In this document: positions 52,714 through 64,000 of the stretch, piece after piece
How the letters are laid out: the number at the start of each line of letters is the position of its first letter
Numbering within the stretch: the first letter of the stretch is position 1
From: Sphaerodactylus townsendi
Lineage: Eukaryota
Direction: 5' to 3'
Assembly: GCF_021028975.2 (NCBI RefSeq)
Contig: NC_059440.1
Span: forward strand, 29,760,001-29,824,000
DNA length: 64,000 bases
Translations under genes and position numbers: made by a program
Notes under the pieces: generated by a model
Told to the model about the DNA's origin: nothing
Database searches by the model: none
Seen by the model: the letters and a program-made list of their open reading frames with translations, nothing else

Positions 52714-53539
52714 AAAGAGGTTTTAGCAGAACTAACAGATTTTAACTCCCCCCGTTTAGAACCGTATTCAAGATGGCGATGGGACTGGACTGGTGATAAT
52801 ACAGTTCCCTCAGATACTTCCTCTGGAGTGATAAGAGCGAGTTTTTCCCAGGCTCTGACCACATCATGGGTAGTAAAAAACGGACTAGAGAGCTGGAAGA
52901 AAACTCCCCTCCCACTGCTAAACAACCAAAAATCCAGGACTTCTTCCAAATTCCTTTAACAAACCGCTACGCAGCTCTAACTAATAATGAGCCAGTGCCG
53001 GGAGATGAGAGCTCCCTTAGAAGTTTATCAGAAGGAACTGAAACAGAAATGCTTTCCAGCAAAACAGCAAATGTCCCGAATGTACAAATAAATACAGCTG
53101 AGAGTGCAGACAGTAACCTCACTGTATCTGAAGACCGACAAGAATTAATCAGTCTACTGTCTCTCTTAGTGGGGACAGTCGAATATATATACAATGAGCT
53201 TAAGCTGCTAAATGGCAAAAGGAACGCAGTAATGGACTCCAAAAAGCAGGAATGCACTGAGGCTCAATCAACAGCACAAAGAGAACTACAGCTCAGTCTC
53301 ACAAAGACCACTCCTGTTAAAGACACAAGCTCCAATTTTCAGCAAAAAAGCAGAGAAATTAGGAACACTTGCAACCTAACACTCTTACCCAACAAAATCT
53401 GTTTAATCATTGGTAAACACAGAGGCATAGTCCCCGACTGGAGCGAACCCTCTCTGGCCAAGCACCACCTCAGTATACTATTAAAAGAAAGTTTACACCG
53501 TGTCAACCTGCGCTCAGTAGAAATGATGGACTATGAAAA
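52714..53539 (+). mobile_element. RTE-X-like LINE 5' UTR and ORF1 N-terminus
   Basis: CAAGATGGCG in the leader; ORF from 52866; last 184 bp (53356-53539) duplicate 48907-49090. Confidence 0.75.
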
Positions 53540-53862
53540 TAAAAAGTCATGGTTGGGGTTCAAGCAAGGGCTAGGATTAAGGCAAAACCCCGAAACCTGA
53601 AACTGAGCATAGTCCTATTCTCGGACTGCGCCCTAGAAATCAACATAAGGCAACCCCTGCCCTATAACTTGGGCCATTTAAAACAACCATAACAACATCC
53701 TGCTTTAAAAGGCAGAAATCCCGTTCCTGTTTATCTAGATGCAAAGTCTGAGATTACTGGACCGCCCCGGTTGCCGAGGAGGGGAAGGCGGCTTGGCCGG
53801 TCCGCCCCGGAGGAGGCACGGCTGTGGGAGGAAGCGGCTCGGCCGGGCTGCCACTCAACCGC

Positions 53863-53909
53863 CTCCCTCCCTCCCTCCCTCCCTCCCTCCCTCCCTCCCT
53901 CCCTCCCTC
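53863..53909. repeat. (CCCT)n microsatellite
   Basis: Direct tetranucleotide run. Confidence 0.95.
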
Positions 53910-55083
53910 TGGCGGAGGTTCGAGGCTGTGGAGCGTCTCCCTTCCTGCCAGCTTAGGTGAGCTCCGGGCTGGGGGCTGGCTGGGGGGTCCGGGGTGGCGG
54001 CCCTGCTCCATTCTGCCCTATGAGTATAATTGTAGGGTTCTTTTATTTTTGTACTTCCTAGCTAAGATCGTCTGCTTTCTACCCTGTGGAAACGCAAGTG
54101 TCAAAGAGAAGGCTACCTGGCCGAGGGGCAGGACAAGAGCGTCCCAGACTGGAAGATCTTCTACTTCCTCTGCACCTTGAAAAGGAACCTGATCAGAAAT
54201 CATATTGCGGGAACTTCCGGCAGGACTCCGAGACGGCTAGCCGCACCTGAGACGGCTGCGGCTCCAAAACCTTGTTTATTCAAAATTCTTGTGGTTGCAA
54301 ACGAAACCCAAGAACCTCTGAAGCAGAGCAAGCAGAGGAAGGAAAGGCGAGAAATCGCTGCGGTACCCCAGCGCCCCCCCCCAAAAAACTCAGCAGGAGC
54401 CTGGGAAAGGCTTTTTGCTGGGAGCTACGGGAAGACGCCGGGGGAAAGTGCCATTTACAAGGCAAGGGAACGATAGCAAAAAGACAGCTGAAGGGAGTCA
54501 ATGCTCTTTTTCACGGAGGGCGGAAACATTGCCGGAAGAGAAACGGAGAAGCGGAGTAAGAACTAAATATAAACGTTACCTATAGCAGGAGTGAAATACT
54601 AAAGAAACGCAAAATATAGACATAGCCGCAACTGGAAGGAGAAGTCAGGAGGGGAAGAAAGGTGCCGCGAAGTGCGAAGCCCAGAGCCCAAAGGCTTAAC
54701 AGTTGCGGTGAATAGAAGCAATAAAGCTGAAAGGGTGAGTGAACAAAACTTTCTTTTTAAATAAATAACCTGACGGACGGCGTCTGCGGGAACCAGGCTT
54801 GCCAGATAGAGCCAATAAAAGGGTTAAAACGAAAGGACGATACCCGGAAACAGTGTAGAAAAGGAAGAGGCTACGTAGCGTCAATCAAGTCCGAACATTG
54901 TTTTGTTTCCGGTTGATAAACAAAAGAGCAGAATGAAACCATAGAGTCCAAACGATCTAGAGTGGCCAACTTTAAGAGGACGAAAGAGTAAGAGACTGAA
55001 AAGAAGAGAGAAAAAGACTGTGGGACTGTGGGACTGTGAGACAGAAGGGCAGGAGGGAATAAAAGGAGCTAACTAATACAAGA

Positions 55084-55929
55084 ATGGCGACTAGAGCCAA
55101 GAACGGTAATAATGGAAATAATGGAAAGACCCCAGAAAGAAATAATATTGAAATGAATACGAGAATGGACCAGCTTACTGACCTGATTGTTTCCTTTCAA
55201 GAAGATGTGAATGGTAAACTGAGCAAACTGGATAAATTAGACCAAAGATTTGAATCCTTTGAAAAAGAAATATTAGAAATAAAAAAGGATCTGAGCCAAG
55301 TCAAGAAGATAGAAACTTTGATGGTGGAGCTGAAAAAAGAAGTAGGAAGTATAAAAAACGAAATGACAGTAACTGACAGTAAAGTAGAAATTATGAAGAA
55401 CCAACAAGAACAACTGCTAGACCAAATGGCTCTGATGGAACTAAAATTGAAAGAAAATCAGCTGAGAATAAGAGGATGTAAGGAAGAAGGAAAAGAAGAT
55501 GTAAGAAGAAAGCTGATTAATGCACTAGGAGAATTTTTGGGAATGGAGGAGGAAGACCTGGATCAGGATATAGAAAAGATTTTTAGAGCAAACTCCAGAT
55601 TTGCAAGGAATAACCACACACCAAGAGACATAATAATAATCTTTGAGAGGAAAAGAACAAGAGATGAAGTCCTAATGAAACACTCTAAAGAAAGACTTAA
55701 AATCCAGGGACAAGAGGTGATAGTATTGAAAGAAGTCCCAAATCATATTCTAAGAAAAAGAAAGGACTATACCCCCCTAAAGAACTGGTTAAAAGAAAAT
55801 AATATCGTTTTTAGATGGGGGATGCTGGAGGGTGTAAGCTTTATATGGAATTCAGAAAGAATTATAATAGACTCAATACAACAAGCACAAGATTTCCTGA
55901 AGGAAAAAACGGGGAAAAAGGAATTGTAA
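55084..55929 (+). CDS. L1 ORF1p (coiled coil, RRM, CTD), 281 aa, open
   Basis: Heptad-rich N-terminal half; LRIRG and PRDIII motifs. Confidence 0.9.
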   Translation: MATRAKNGNNGNNGKTPERNNIEMNTRMDQLTDLIVSFQEDVNGKLSKLDKLDQRFESFEKEILEIKKDLSQVKKIETLMVELKKEVGSIKNEMTVTDSKVEIMKNQQEQLLDQMALMELKLKENQLRIRGCKEEGKEDVRRKLINALGEFLGMEEEDLDQDIEKIFRANSRFARNNHTPRDIIIIFERKRTRDEVLMKHSKERLKIQGQEVIVLKEVPNHILRKRKDYTPLKNWLKENNIVFRWGMLEGVSFIWNSERIIIDSIQQAQDFLKEKTGKKEL

Positions 55930-56281
55930 GTGAATGAACTATATTTTATGTTTATGTAAATGATTAATTGGACCCTATAATCGTTCTTGTGACTATTAGT
56001 ACTTTATTAATACGAATAGTAAAAGGGATCCATACTGTCAATGATTAAAATTCAGGAGGTGATTTCTATTTTTATTTTTATTTAATTTTTCTCCTCCCCT
56101 TTTTTTGAGGGAGGGTTCCCCTTCTTTTTCATGAAATTTCAGTGTTATGCTTATCATTTTATTTATCAAAAACAATATATGTATATATATATATATATGA
56201 ATTAATTAACTTGATATGAATGAATAGTCTCAAGAAGAAATTCTGAATTGTAGGCCACTCTATAAATGAACTGATAAAGCT

Positions 56282-59200
56282 ATGACAGTAGATTTGCTAA
56301 CTATAAATGTAAATGGACTAAATAGTCCAAATAAAAGAAAGAAGATTTTTAGGTATTTACACCAAATCAAACACGAAATAATTTGTGCTCAAGAAACACA
56401 TATAAGGAGAAAAGACAGGAAAATTATAGAATGTAAAAAACTAGGAGTGCTGTTTCAAGCGACAAGTGAGAAAAAGAAAAAGGGAGTGGCAATTTACGTA
56501 AAAGAAAAGTTTGATCCAAGACTGATCATTGAAGACCAGACAGGAAGATATATAGGGGTAGAGGTAAAAATAAACAACTTAAAAACACTATTAATAGGAA
56601 TATACGCACCCAACAAAAACAAATCCCAGTTCTTCAAAAATATGTTAAAAGATATAACGCAATTTATGTACGACAATATAATCATAATGGGAGATTTTAA
56701 CGGAATAGTGAATAATGTAATGGATAGGAAAGGAAAAAAAGATACAACTAGTGGTGTACTTCCATCATCCTTTTTTGATCTCATAAATATCTTAAATTTG
56801 AAAGATGTGTGATGACAGAAAGAAAGAAACTTGAAAGAATTTACTTTCTTTTCAAACAGTCTTACTCGAATCGATATGATCTGGACGACAGAGTTATTGA
56901 ACTTTAAAACAAAAAGAATAAAAATTCTACCTCGATTGGTGTCAGATCATAACCCAGTTAGCTGGCAGATTATAAATAAAAAGAATAAAAGTAGAGGATA
57001 TACCATCAAAAATTGGCTGTTACAAAATAAGAAAGTATCTGAAATAAACGAGTTAAAAATGAAAGAATTTTTCCAGGTAAATAATGGATCAGTAGCAGAT
57101 AAAAAGATAATCTGGGAGACGAGCAAAGCATATGCCAGAGGCATATTTATAGAACAGGAAGCAAGGATTAAGAGAGAAAAAGAACAAGAACAAAAGAAAA
57201 CACTAGAAGAATTAGATAAGTTAGAAAAAGATTTGATTAAGAGACCAGAGAACAAAAAAATTAGACAAAAGATACAAAATTTGAAACAAAAAATAGATCA
57301 AAAATACCAAATTGAGATGGTGAAAAATCTAAAATTCTTGAAACAGAGGGAATTTGAATGGGGTAACAAACTAGGAAAATGGTTGTCACAAAAATTAAGA
57401 AAAGAAAAAGAATCAAGGACGATAACACGAATTAGAGATAAAAATGAGATCATTACAGATGAAAATAAAATAGAAAGAATGTTTCTAGAATACTATGAGA
57501 AATTATATAAAGAAGGAGGAAAATCCATATACCAAATAGAACAATATTTAAAAGAAATGACAACCCCAAAGATAAATGTAGAAGATCTGGAGGAACTAAA
57601 TAAGAACATAACAAAAGAGGAGATCATAAGTGTCATTAACAATCTACAAGACGATAAGGCCCCTGGTCCGGATGGCCTGACACCAAAATACTATAAAAAA
57701 ATGAAGGAAATAATACTACCAAATATGTTAGAATTGTTTAACGAAGTGTTTGAAGGGAAAGGAATACCAAAGACATGGGAGGAAGCTTTCATCACATTGA
57801 TACCAAAAACACAACAAAAAGTATTGGAAGTATCAAACTATAGACCTATATCTCTTCTCAATGTAGATTATAAGATATTCGCAAAAATTTTAGCAGAGAA
57901 ATTGAAAAAGAAATTTTTGAAAGAATACATTGGAGAAGACCAGGTAGGGTTTATGTCAGGGAGAAGTAGTAGAGAGAATATAAGATTAGTAATAGACATG
58001 ATAGAGTATTTGGGCCACAAACCAGGGAAAAAAGCAGCTCTAGTTTTTCTAGATGCTGAAAAAGCCTTCGACAATGTGAGTTGGCAATTTATGAGCAGTG
58101 TCATAAGGAAGATAGGAATAGAAGGTGGATTCAAAAAAGCAATTGAGTCAATATACAAAAATCAATGGGCATCGATATTAATAAATGGAAATCCAACAAA
58201 TAAATTCAGTATAAACAAAGGTACCAGACAAGGTTGCCCCTTATCGCCAATATTATTTAACATACAACTGGAGATTTTGGGACGTAAAATAAATGAAGAT
58301 AAAACCTGGAAAGGAATTAAAGTTAAAGATTGTGAATATAAATACAGGGCTTTTGCGGACGATTTAGTCTTATTTGTTGAAGAACCAGTAGAAAACATAC
58401 CAATAATCCAAAAAAAGTTAACTGATTTTGGGAAGTTTCAGGATTTAAAGTAAACAATGAGAAAACAAAAATACTGACAAAAACCTGACAAATGTAGAAA
58501 ATATACAACTTCAGGAAAACACGGGATATAAGGTGGAAAAGAAAGTGAAATATTTAGGTATAATATTAGAAAACCAAAATAACGCACTATATGAAAATAA
58601 TTATAAAAAGAAGTGGGCAGAAGTTGAACAGGATATAGAAAGATGGAACAAACTAAATCTATCCTTTCTAGGGAGAATAGCGGTGATAAAAAGTAATATC
58701 ATGCCCAAATTGATGTATATCTTTCAGAATGTACCAACAATGTTGACTGCAAAAACAATTGAAAAATGGAAAAGAGCATTAGTAAAATTTATTTGGAATG
58801 GAAAAAGATCAAGAATAAATTATCTAACACTAATAGATGAAAAAGGAAGAGGAGGGTTAAAACTATCGGATTTACAGGCATACTATGACTCTAATATGCT
58901 AGTCTGGATTACAGACTGGATCTTCTTAAAAAATCGTAAGATATTGACATTAGAAGGACATGATTTAGTAAAAGGATGGCACGGATATCTGTGGCCAGTA
59001 GGAGAAGGAAAAGATAATAAAACCTTCCAAAACCATTATGTAAGGAAAATATTATGGAACATATGGGTTAAACATAAGAGAAGACTATACCATAAAATGC
59101 CCCTATGGGTGTCAAGGGCGGAAACATTACAGATAAAAGAATTTAATAAGGAATGGAATTGGCCATCATATGAAAATACAACGAATATAACAAATAGTGG

Positions 59201-59995
59201 AATTGAATTTAAAAATAGAGAAGAAATTCTTAATAAGGATGTCATCTGTCACTGGTATACGTACCACCAACTTTATGAAACCTTAAAAAAAGATAAAGCA
59301 AAATTGGATATCCAAAATAAGAAGAATGAATTTGACGATTTGATTAGTAGAGGAAGTAGAAAATTAATTAGTAGAATATATAATTTGCTGTTAAGATTTA
59401 GAACAGAACAAAATGAAGTCAAGGAAGTGATGTTAAAATGGTCATTTGACCTAAAAAAAATTATAACATTAGATGAGTGGGGGAAAATTTGGAAACGACA
59501 AAACAAATTTACATTATCAACAAGTCTGAACGAAAATTTCATAAAGGTTTATAACAGGTGGTACTATACGCCAGTACAACTGTCGAAAATGGATAATAAG
59601 AAAAATAACAAATGTTGGAAATGCAGGAGAAAGGAAGGCTCTTTTATCCACATGTGGTGGAGTTGTAGATGTATAAAAAATATTGGAAGAAAATAGCAAT
59701 ACAAATGCGAAGGATATTGAAGATGAAAATATATTTAAAACCAGAAATATTTTTGTTGGGACTGACTAAGGATAAAAAAATACTAAGGAATGATGTTCTC
59801 TTCCTTTATATGATAACTGTGGCTAGAATTGAAATTGCAAAGTGTTGGAAAAAGAAAGAAACACCATCTGTGAAAAAATGGGAAGAAAGGATGCAAGAAA
59901 TAATGGACGGACCTATTAACTTGGAGACTGAAAGACAACGTAGAAAGATTTGAAGAAATCTGGAAGCCGTTTAAAAACTACTTTAAGTTATAATA
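56282..59995 (+). pseudogene. L1 ORF2p (EN, RT, CCHC) with stops and frameshifts
   Basis: NVNGLNSP, QETH, GDFN, SDHNP, APGPDG, NYRPISLLNVD, DAEKAFD, GTRQGCPLSP, FADD, CWKC..H...C; TGATGA at 56810-56815; frameshifts near 58430-58500, 59670 and 59910. Confidence 0.92.
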
Positions 59996-61174
59996 TTTAA
60001 ATTTGATTTAGAAGTTAGAGTGATGAATGCTACAGGACAGGAGAAATTAAAACTCCTGGGAGAAAGATTTTTCCCCGCAAAGTGATTCCATGTTTTATTC
60101 TTTAAGTGAGGATGTATAGAAATAAGATAAAATTTCAAAGTATAACTGAAGGTTTTTAGTTAACTGATTGTATAATTAGAGAAAATTATATAAATACAAA
60201 AACATGGAAGAAGACATTAGGTTTAGTTTTTATTGAAATTATGTAATATTTTTTTTGTTTTTTGTTTTGAGCAGAAATTATTATCCTGAATGAACTATGT
60301 TGTAATGTTTATTGAACTGTGCAAAATCTGTGTTGTTTTTTTTAAAAAAAACCCCTGTAACTTGAAATTCTTAATAAACTTTAATTTAATTTAAAAAAAA
60401 AAGAAATCATATTGCGGAAGGTGGGCTCTTGGGAGGAGGAGGAAGGCTCCAGGCATCCCAGATTTTAAGTTTGGGCTTCTCTGGTGTGCCTGCGGTAGTG
60501 AGGACGCTGTTCTTGGGGGTTTCTGAAATGGTTGCTCGGTTTTGAAAAAGGGTTTATGAATCATCTGCAGGAAATCATCTGCTCATCAACTTAAAAAATG
60601 CAAGCACCTGTTATGCACATATACATAAAACCGGGATGCTCTTTGCCTGTGGAAAATTAGCCTTTCAAAAAAGGAGGAGAGGATATTCTTTCCTGAGCTG
60701 TCCATTTTCTTCCGGCAAAGGATATGGGGAGGGGGGAATCATTCAGTCTAGGGTGGTTAATATTTATTTGAATTTGATTAAATGTTTTGCTTCTTTTAGA
60801 GGCTGCAGTGCGTGCATTTCAGAGCGGTGTACACCACTCCTGCACGTGTAAATAGCTATGCTTAGCAAAAATATACTCAGTTAATAAGGAGCACTTTTAA
60901 AATTAATCCACATTTTGAATTGACTCATCAGCTAACTGCTGCAGTTTCAATTAAAATAAATGGATTTCCTGCACCTGAATTCTGAAATCTAAAAAACAAG
61001 AACAGAATACAGCCCGGAAACCACACAGCACCCCAATAACAGAATTTCGTAGGACTGGGAATTAAAAGGAATAGGACAGAGCTGAGAGAGAAATAATTTT
61101 GGAGTGAATAACTGAAACTGAAAGGCAAACCTGTCTTGGTTTTGTTCCTGGTTGGCTTCCCCCTGCCCCAAGAC

Positions 61175-61242
61175 ATCATGGGAATTGTAGTTTAGTGGGG
61201 GAAGAGGCTCAGGATGGTGAAGAACTACAGTTCCCAAGATTC
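61175..61242. mobile_element. hAT MITE remnant
   Basis: tgggaattgtagtt / aactacagttccca inverted pair. Confidence 0.45.
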
Positions 61243-62579
61243 CACAGGGAATGACTATTAATCACTACAGAGGCACGCTGTAAAAACCGCAAAATAAACA
61301 GAAATGAGTTTGAAAAACACATATTGTTCATTTGCGGATTATGTTTTCCGAGTTGACTGATCTCTTTTAGGTTCCGATTACGCTGTTCAGTGGTGATTTA
61401 TTCTATGCTTCTGGCATTTAAAAATTATATGGGGTTAAAGAACCACGTTCACCTGCTCATTTTGCTTCCATTTTAAGGGTACCCAGACTTTGCCCCAAAT
61501 TCTCCAGCATCTGGAGCTGGTCTGTGCAGGGATGAACTTCTCTGGCACTCACCCAAGCCTCTTGCTTTTCCCAAACTTTTTCTGGTTTTCCCACAGATGG
61601 CTTTAAGTCCTGGGACATTGAGTCCAACTGGATGCCAAATACATTGAAAAGAGTTCTAAACCATCAGATACAGGGGCACAAACACCCCTGCCTCACCAGG
61701 AAGGTGCCCCCAGCCATCAGGGCTCCCCAGGGGCCACCACCCAATGACCTGGCTTTAGCACTTTTGCAACACTTAAAGGGCCAGCATGCAATTTCAACTA
61801 GCTCTCAACCAGAGAGAAATTTAATGGAGCTCACAACTGCACATGGTTCCACAGTAAATATTGCATCACAGGAAAAAGGGGATCAACGGCTCTGCCCAAT
61901 CCCCCCAATGCAGTATAGCAGCAATGCCCCCCCCCAAACACCAACAAGGCCTCCTGCTCACCAAGCAGCAACTCCTATCTGCACATCTTCCAGGCAGGAT
62001 GACCAATCAGAGTCTTGAGCATCATCATCTGCTCTGGCCATCCCCCTGGAGGACTTTGCCCAAGAACCAGCCAAACTCCCACCTCAGGATTTTCATTTTA
62101 ATAAGTGCCATTTTCTGTTAATGTTAAACTAAATGTGACATGATGAGAAGAAAGAATGGCAGAAGCTTTCCACCTCATTGCTCCAAATACTTATGGGGTG
62201 CAGGGCCCCTTCAAGGCCGCCAGGTCACCAAATTCACCAGGTCACCAAAACCCGGCTACAAGGGAACGTGGATCTCAACCTCGACAACCAATGCCAACAA
62301 CAATACCTCAGGTGGCACGAGGTCTGGTTAACCTTGAACACATTTAAAATGAGACTAGTGGAACATATTATCTAACAGACCAATATTATGAAGCGCACCC
62401 AGAATTACACTTAAGCATGACAGAAGCTCAACACTTACAACAACCACATAGGCCACACTAGAGACCACCCATTCGGTCAGTACCATGCCATCAGAGTGGG
62501 ATCAGGCCCTCAGTGAATTGCCTGCAAAAAGACAACTACCCACCGATCAGGAGGCCCAACGGTTGCAAGAATACGCATT

Positions 62580-63190
62580 CCTTAATTGAAAGATCGGCGA
62601 AAGGAGGATGGGCTCTCCCAGACATAAGACTATATCACGATGCCTGTGCATTGCTTTGGCTGAACGAATGGAACTTGTTAGAAAATATAGACCTACTTAA
62701 CCTAGAAGGCTTTGACAACTTTTGGGGCTGGCATAGATATTTGTGGCCAACCAAGAAAAATCATTTTTCACATTTTAGAGACCATGTGATAAGAAGGGCC
62801 CTGATAAGCACATGGAATAAATATAGGCCCAAGTTGTATACAAAAATACCTTCTTGGGTATCAAGATGGGAAGCGACACAAAATAAGCAATGTCTAGCGG
62901 AAAAGGTATGCCCCAAATATGAAGACCTTTTAACATGGAGTAATGGTAAACCCGGCCTAAAACAAAGAGATGATATTAAAGTGGGAGAATCAGAATGCTA
63001 CTGGTTCTCTTACTTTCAAATTAGAGAGGAGTTTGAGAAAGATAACAGGCTACTGGGACGAAATCAAGAGACGAAATTTTACGTGCCCCTTGTGTAGCAA
63101 AGGTGAAATTAGAAGACAAGGAATTAATAATATTAAAAGAAATACCAACAAGCATACAAAAGAGAAGAAAGCCCTACAAGATCTTGGTTG
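62580..63190 (+). mobile_element. L1 ORF2 post-RT fragment (different subfamily)
   Basis: GGWALPDIRLYH...LEGFD...GWH, colinear with ~58830-59400. Confidence 0.8.
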
Positions 63191-63495
63191 ACATTCTGCG
63201 ACAGAACATGTAATTCCCTTGTAAAATATTTTGAATAATTAATGCAACGGGCCTTTCCCCACTCTCGTTGTTCCCCTCTATGCCGCACGCTGCTCTCAGC
63301 GCGCAGCATCCCAGGTGCGCGCCCGGCCGTCCCCACGACCCCGCGCTCTGCGCGGGGCCATCAAAAGGCGCCGTTAAGAAGAGCGCCTGGGATGCCGTGC
63401 GCTGAGGGGGCGCAACAGCGGCAGCCTTGAGGCGGCTGCGCTGTCGCCGCCCCTGTCGGGGGGAGCGACGAGGAACCCCGCGCTACTCTCCTCAA

Positions 63496-63817
63496 GTGTT
63501 CTGGCAGAAAGAGGAGGTGGCCCTGCTGCTCTCCTCCATAAGGGACATGGGGGTTGAGGAACTCTTAATGTGGAGTACCCACCTCCCAAATGAAAATGTG
63601 TTCAGGGACATTGCAAGAATATTAACTGACCGAGGCTACGAACAGTCAATGCTTCAAGCCCGCACTAAGTGGAAGGCATTGAAGAAACAATTCTTCGATG
63701 CTGTGGAGTCTTCTGACGGTCAGCCAGGACCACGTGGCCGACCAAAACCTTTCAGGGAGATGCGCCAGCTGTGGGTCACAGCTGGCAAGCCACGTTACAG
63801 TGAGCGGTGGCCAGAAA
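63496..63817 (+). mobile_element. Myb/SANT-like (trihelix) domain exon, probably a PIF/Harbinger accessory ORF
   Basis: WQKEEVALLL...FRDIARIL...QARTKWKALKKQF; ends at donor GTAAGT. Confidence 0.7.
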
Positions 63818-64000
63818 GTAAGTATAGTACTTTTCCAAAAGGGACAGACAAACATGTTCAGCAGTTTTTAATAGGAAGCATTAGGCTCGCATGGCAACAT
63901 TGTTGATGTTTGTGAGGGTACAAATCCCAGAGCAGGTTTACTGTCAGAGAAGCCCCAAAAGGGTGTTAAGTGTGTGTTAACGAGGGCCAGATAGAATTAT

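Larger units (their letters stand above)
54211..60401 (+). mobile_element. Full-length L1 (~6.2 kb)
   Basis: 16-bp TSD AGAAATCATATTGCGG (54195-54210, 60402-60417); CpG-containing 5' UTR, ORF1, ORF2, AATAAA and A-tail. Confidence 0.95.

Noticed and set aside
56494-59699. Minus-strand ORFs inside the L1
   Set aside because: Antisense shadows of A-rich ORF2.
61597-62580. Possible coding exon(s) after an acceptor near 61596
   Set aside because: Frameshifted, low-complexity and unidentifiable; probably TE debris.

Overview
Vertebrate genomic DNA, probably a squamate (gecko-like, inferred only from its tRNA/CORE-type SINEs, hAT MITEs, CR1, L2 and L1). The window has two sharply different halves. 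Bases 1 to ~35.9 kb are GC-rich and gene-dense. They hold a complete 8-exon CELA3/proproteinase E gene (+), a CpG-island promoter at ~12.3-13.5 kb, TMEM269 (+), SVBP (-) and TRIM62 (+). SVBP and TRIM62 are head-to-head in a second CpG island. Bases ~35.9-64 kb are more AT-rich and form a mosaic of nested transposon fragments: L1, L2, RTE-X-like LINEs, Ty1/copia, Myb/SANT ORFs, a captured intron-containing PRC1 fragment and one full-length L1 with TSDs. Every retroelement I can orient in this half lies on the + strand. Top leads: (1) this TMEM269 keeps a complete CDP-alcohol phosphotransferase catalytic motif and PssA/Cho1-like features, so it may be an active vertebrate CDP-DAG-dependent phospholipid synthase; (2) the co-oriented TE block could be a uni-strand piRNA cluster, with twin CTCF-like motifs at its edge; (3) one LINE has ORF2 in frame behind a UGA-CUA readthrough-type stop; (4) an in-frame Myb/SANT-PRC1 chimera. 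Gene models were built by hand from splice signals and frame continuity. Homologies come from recalled family motifs, not database searches.
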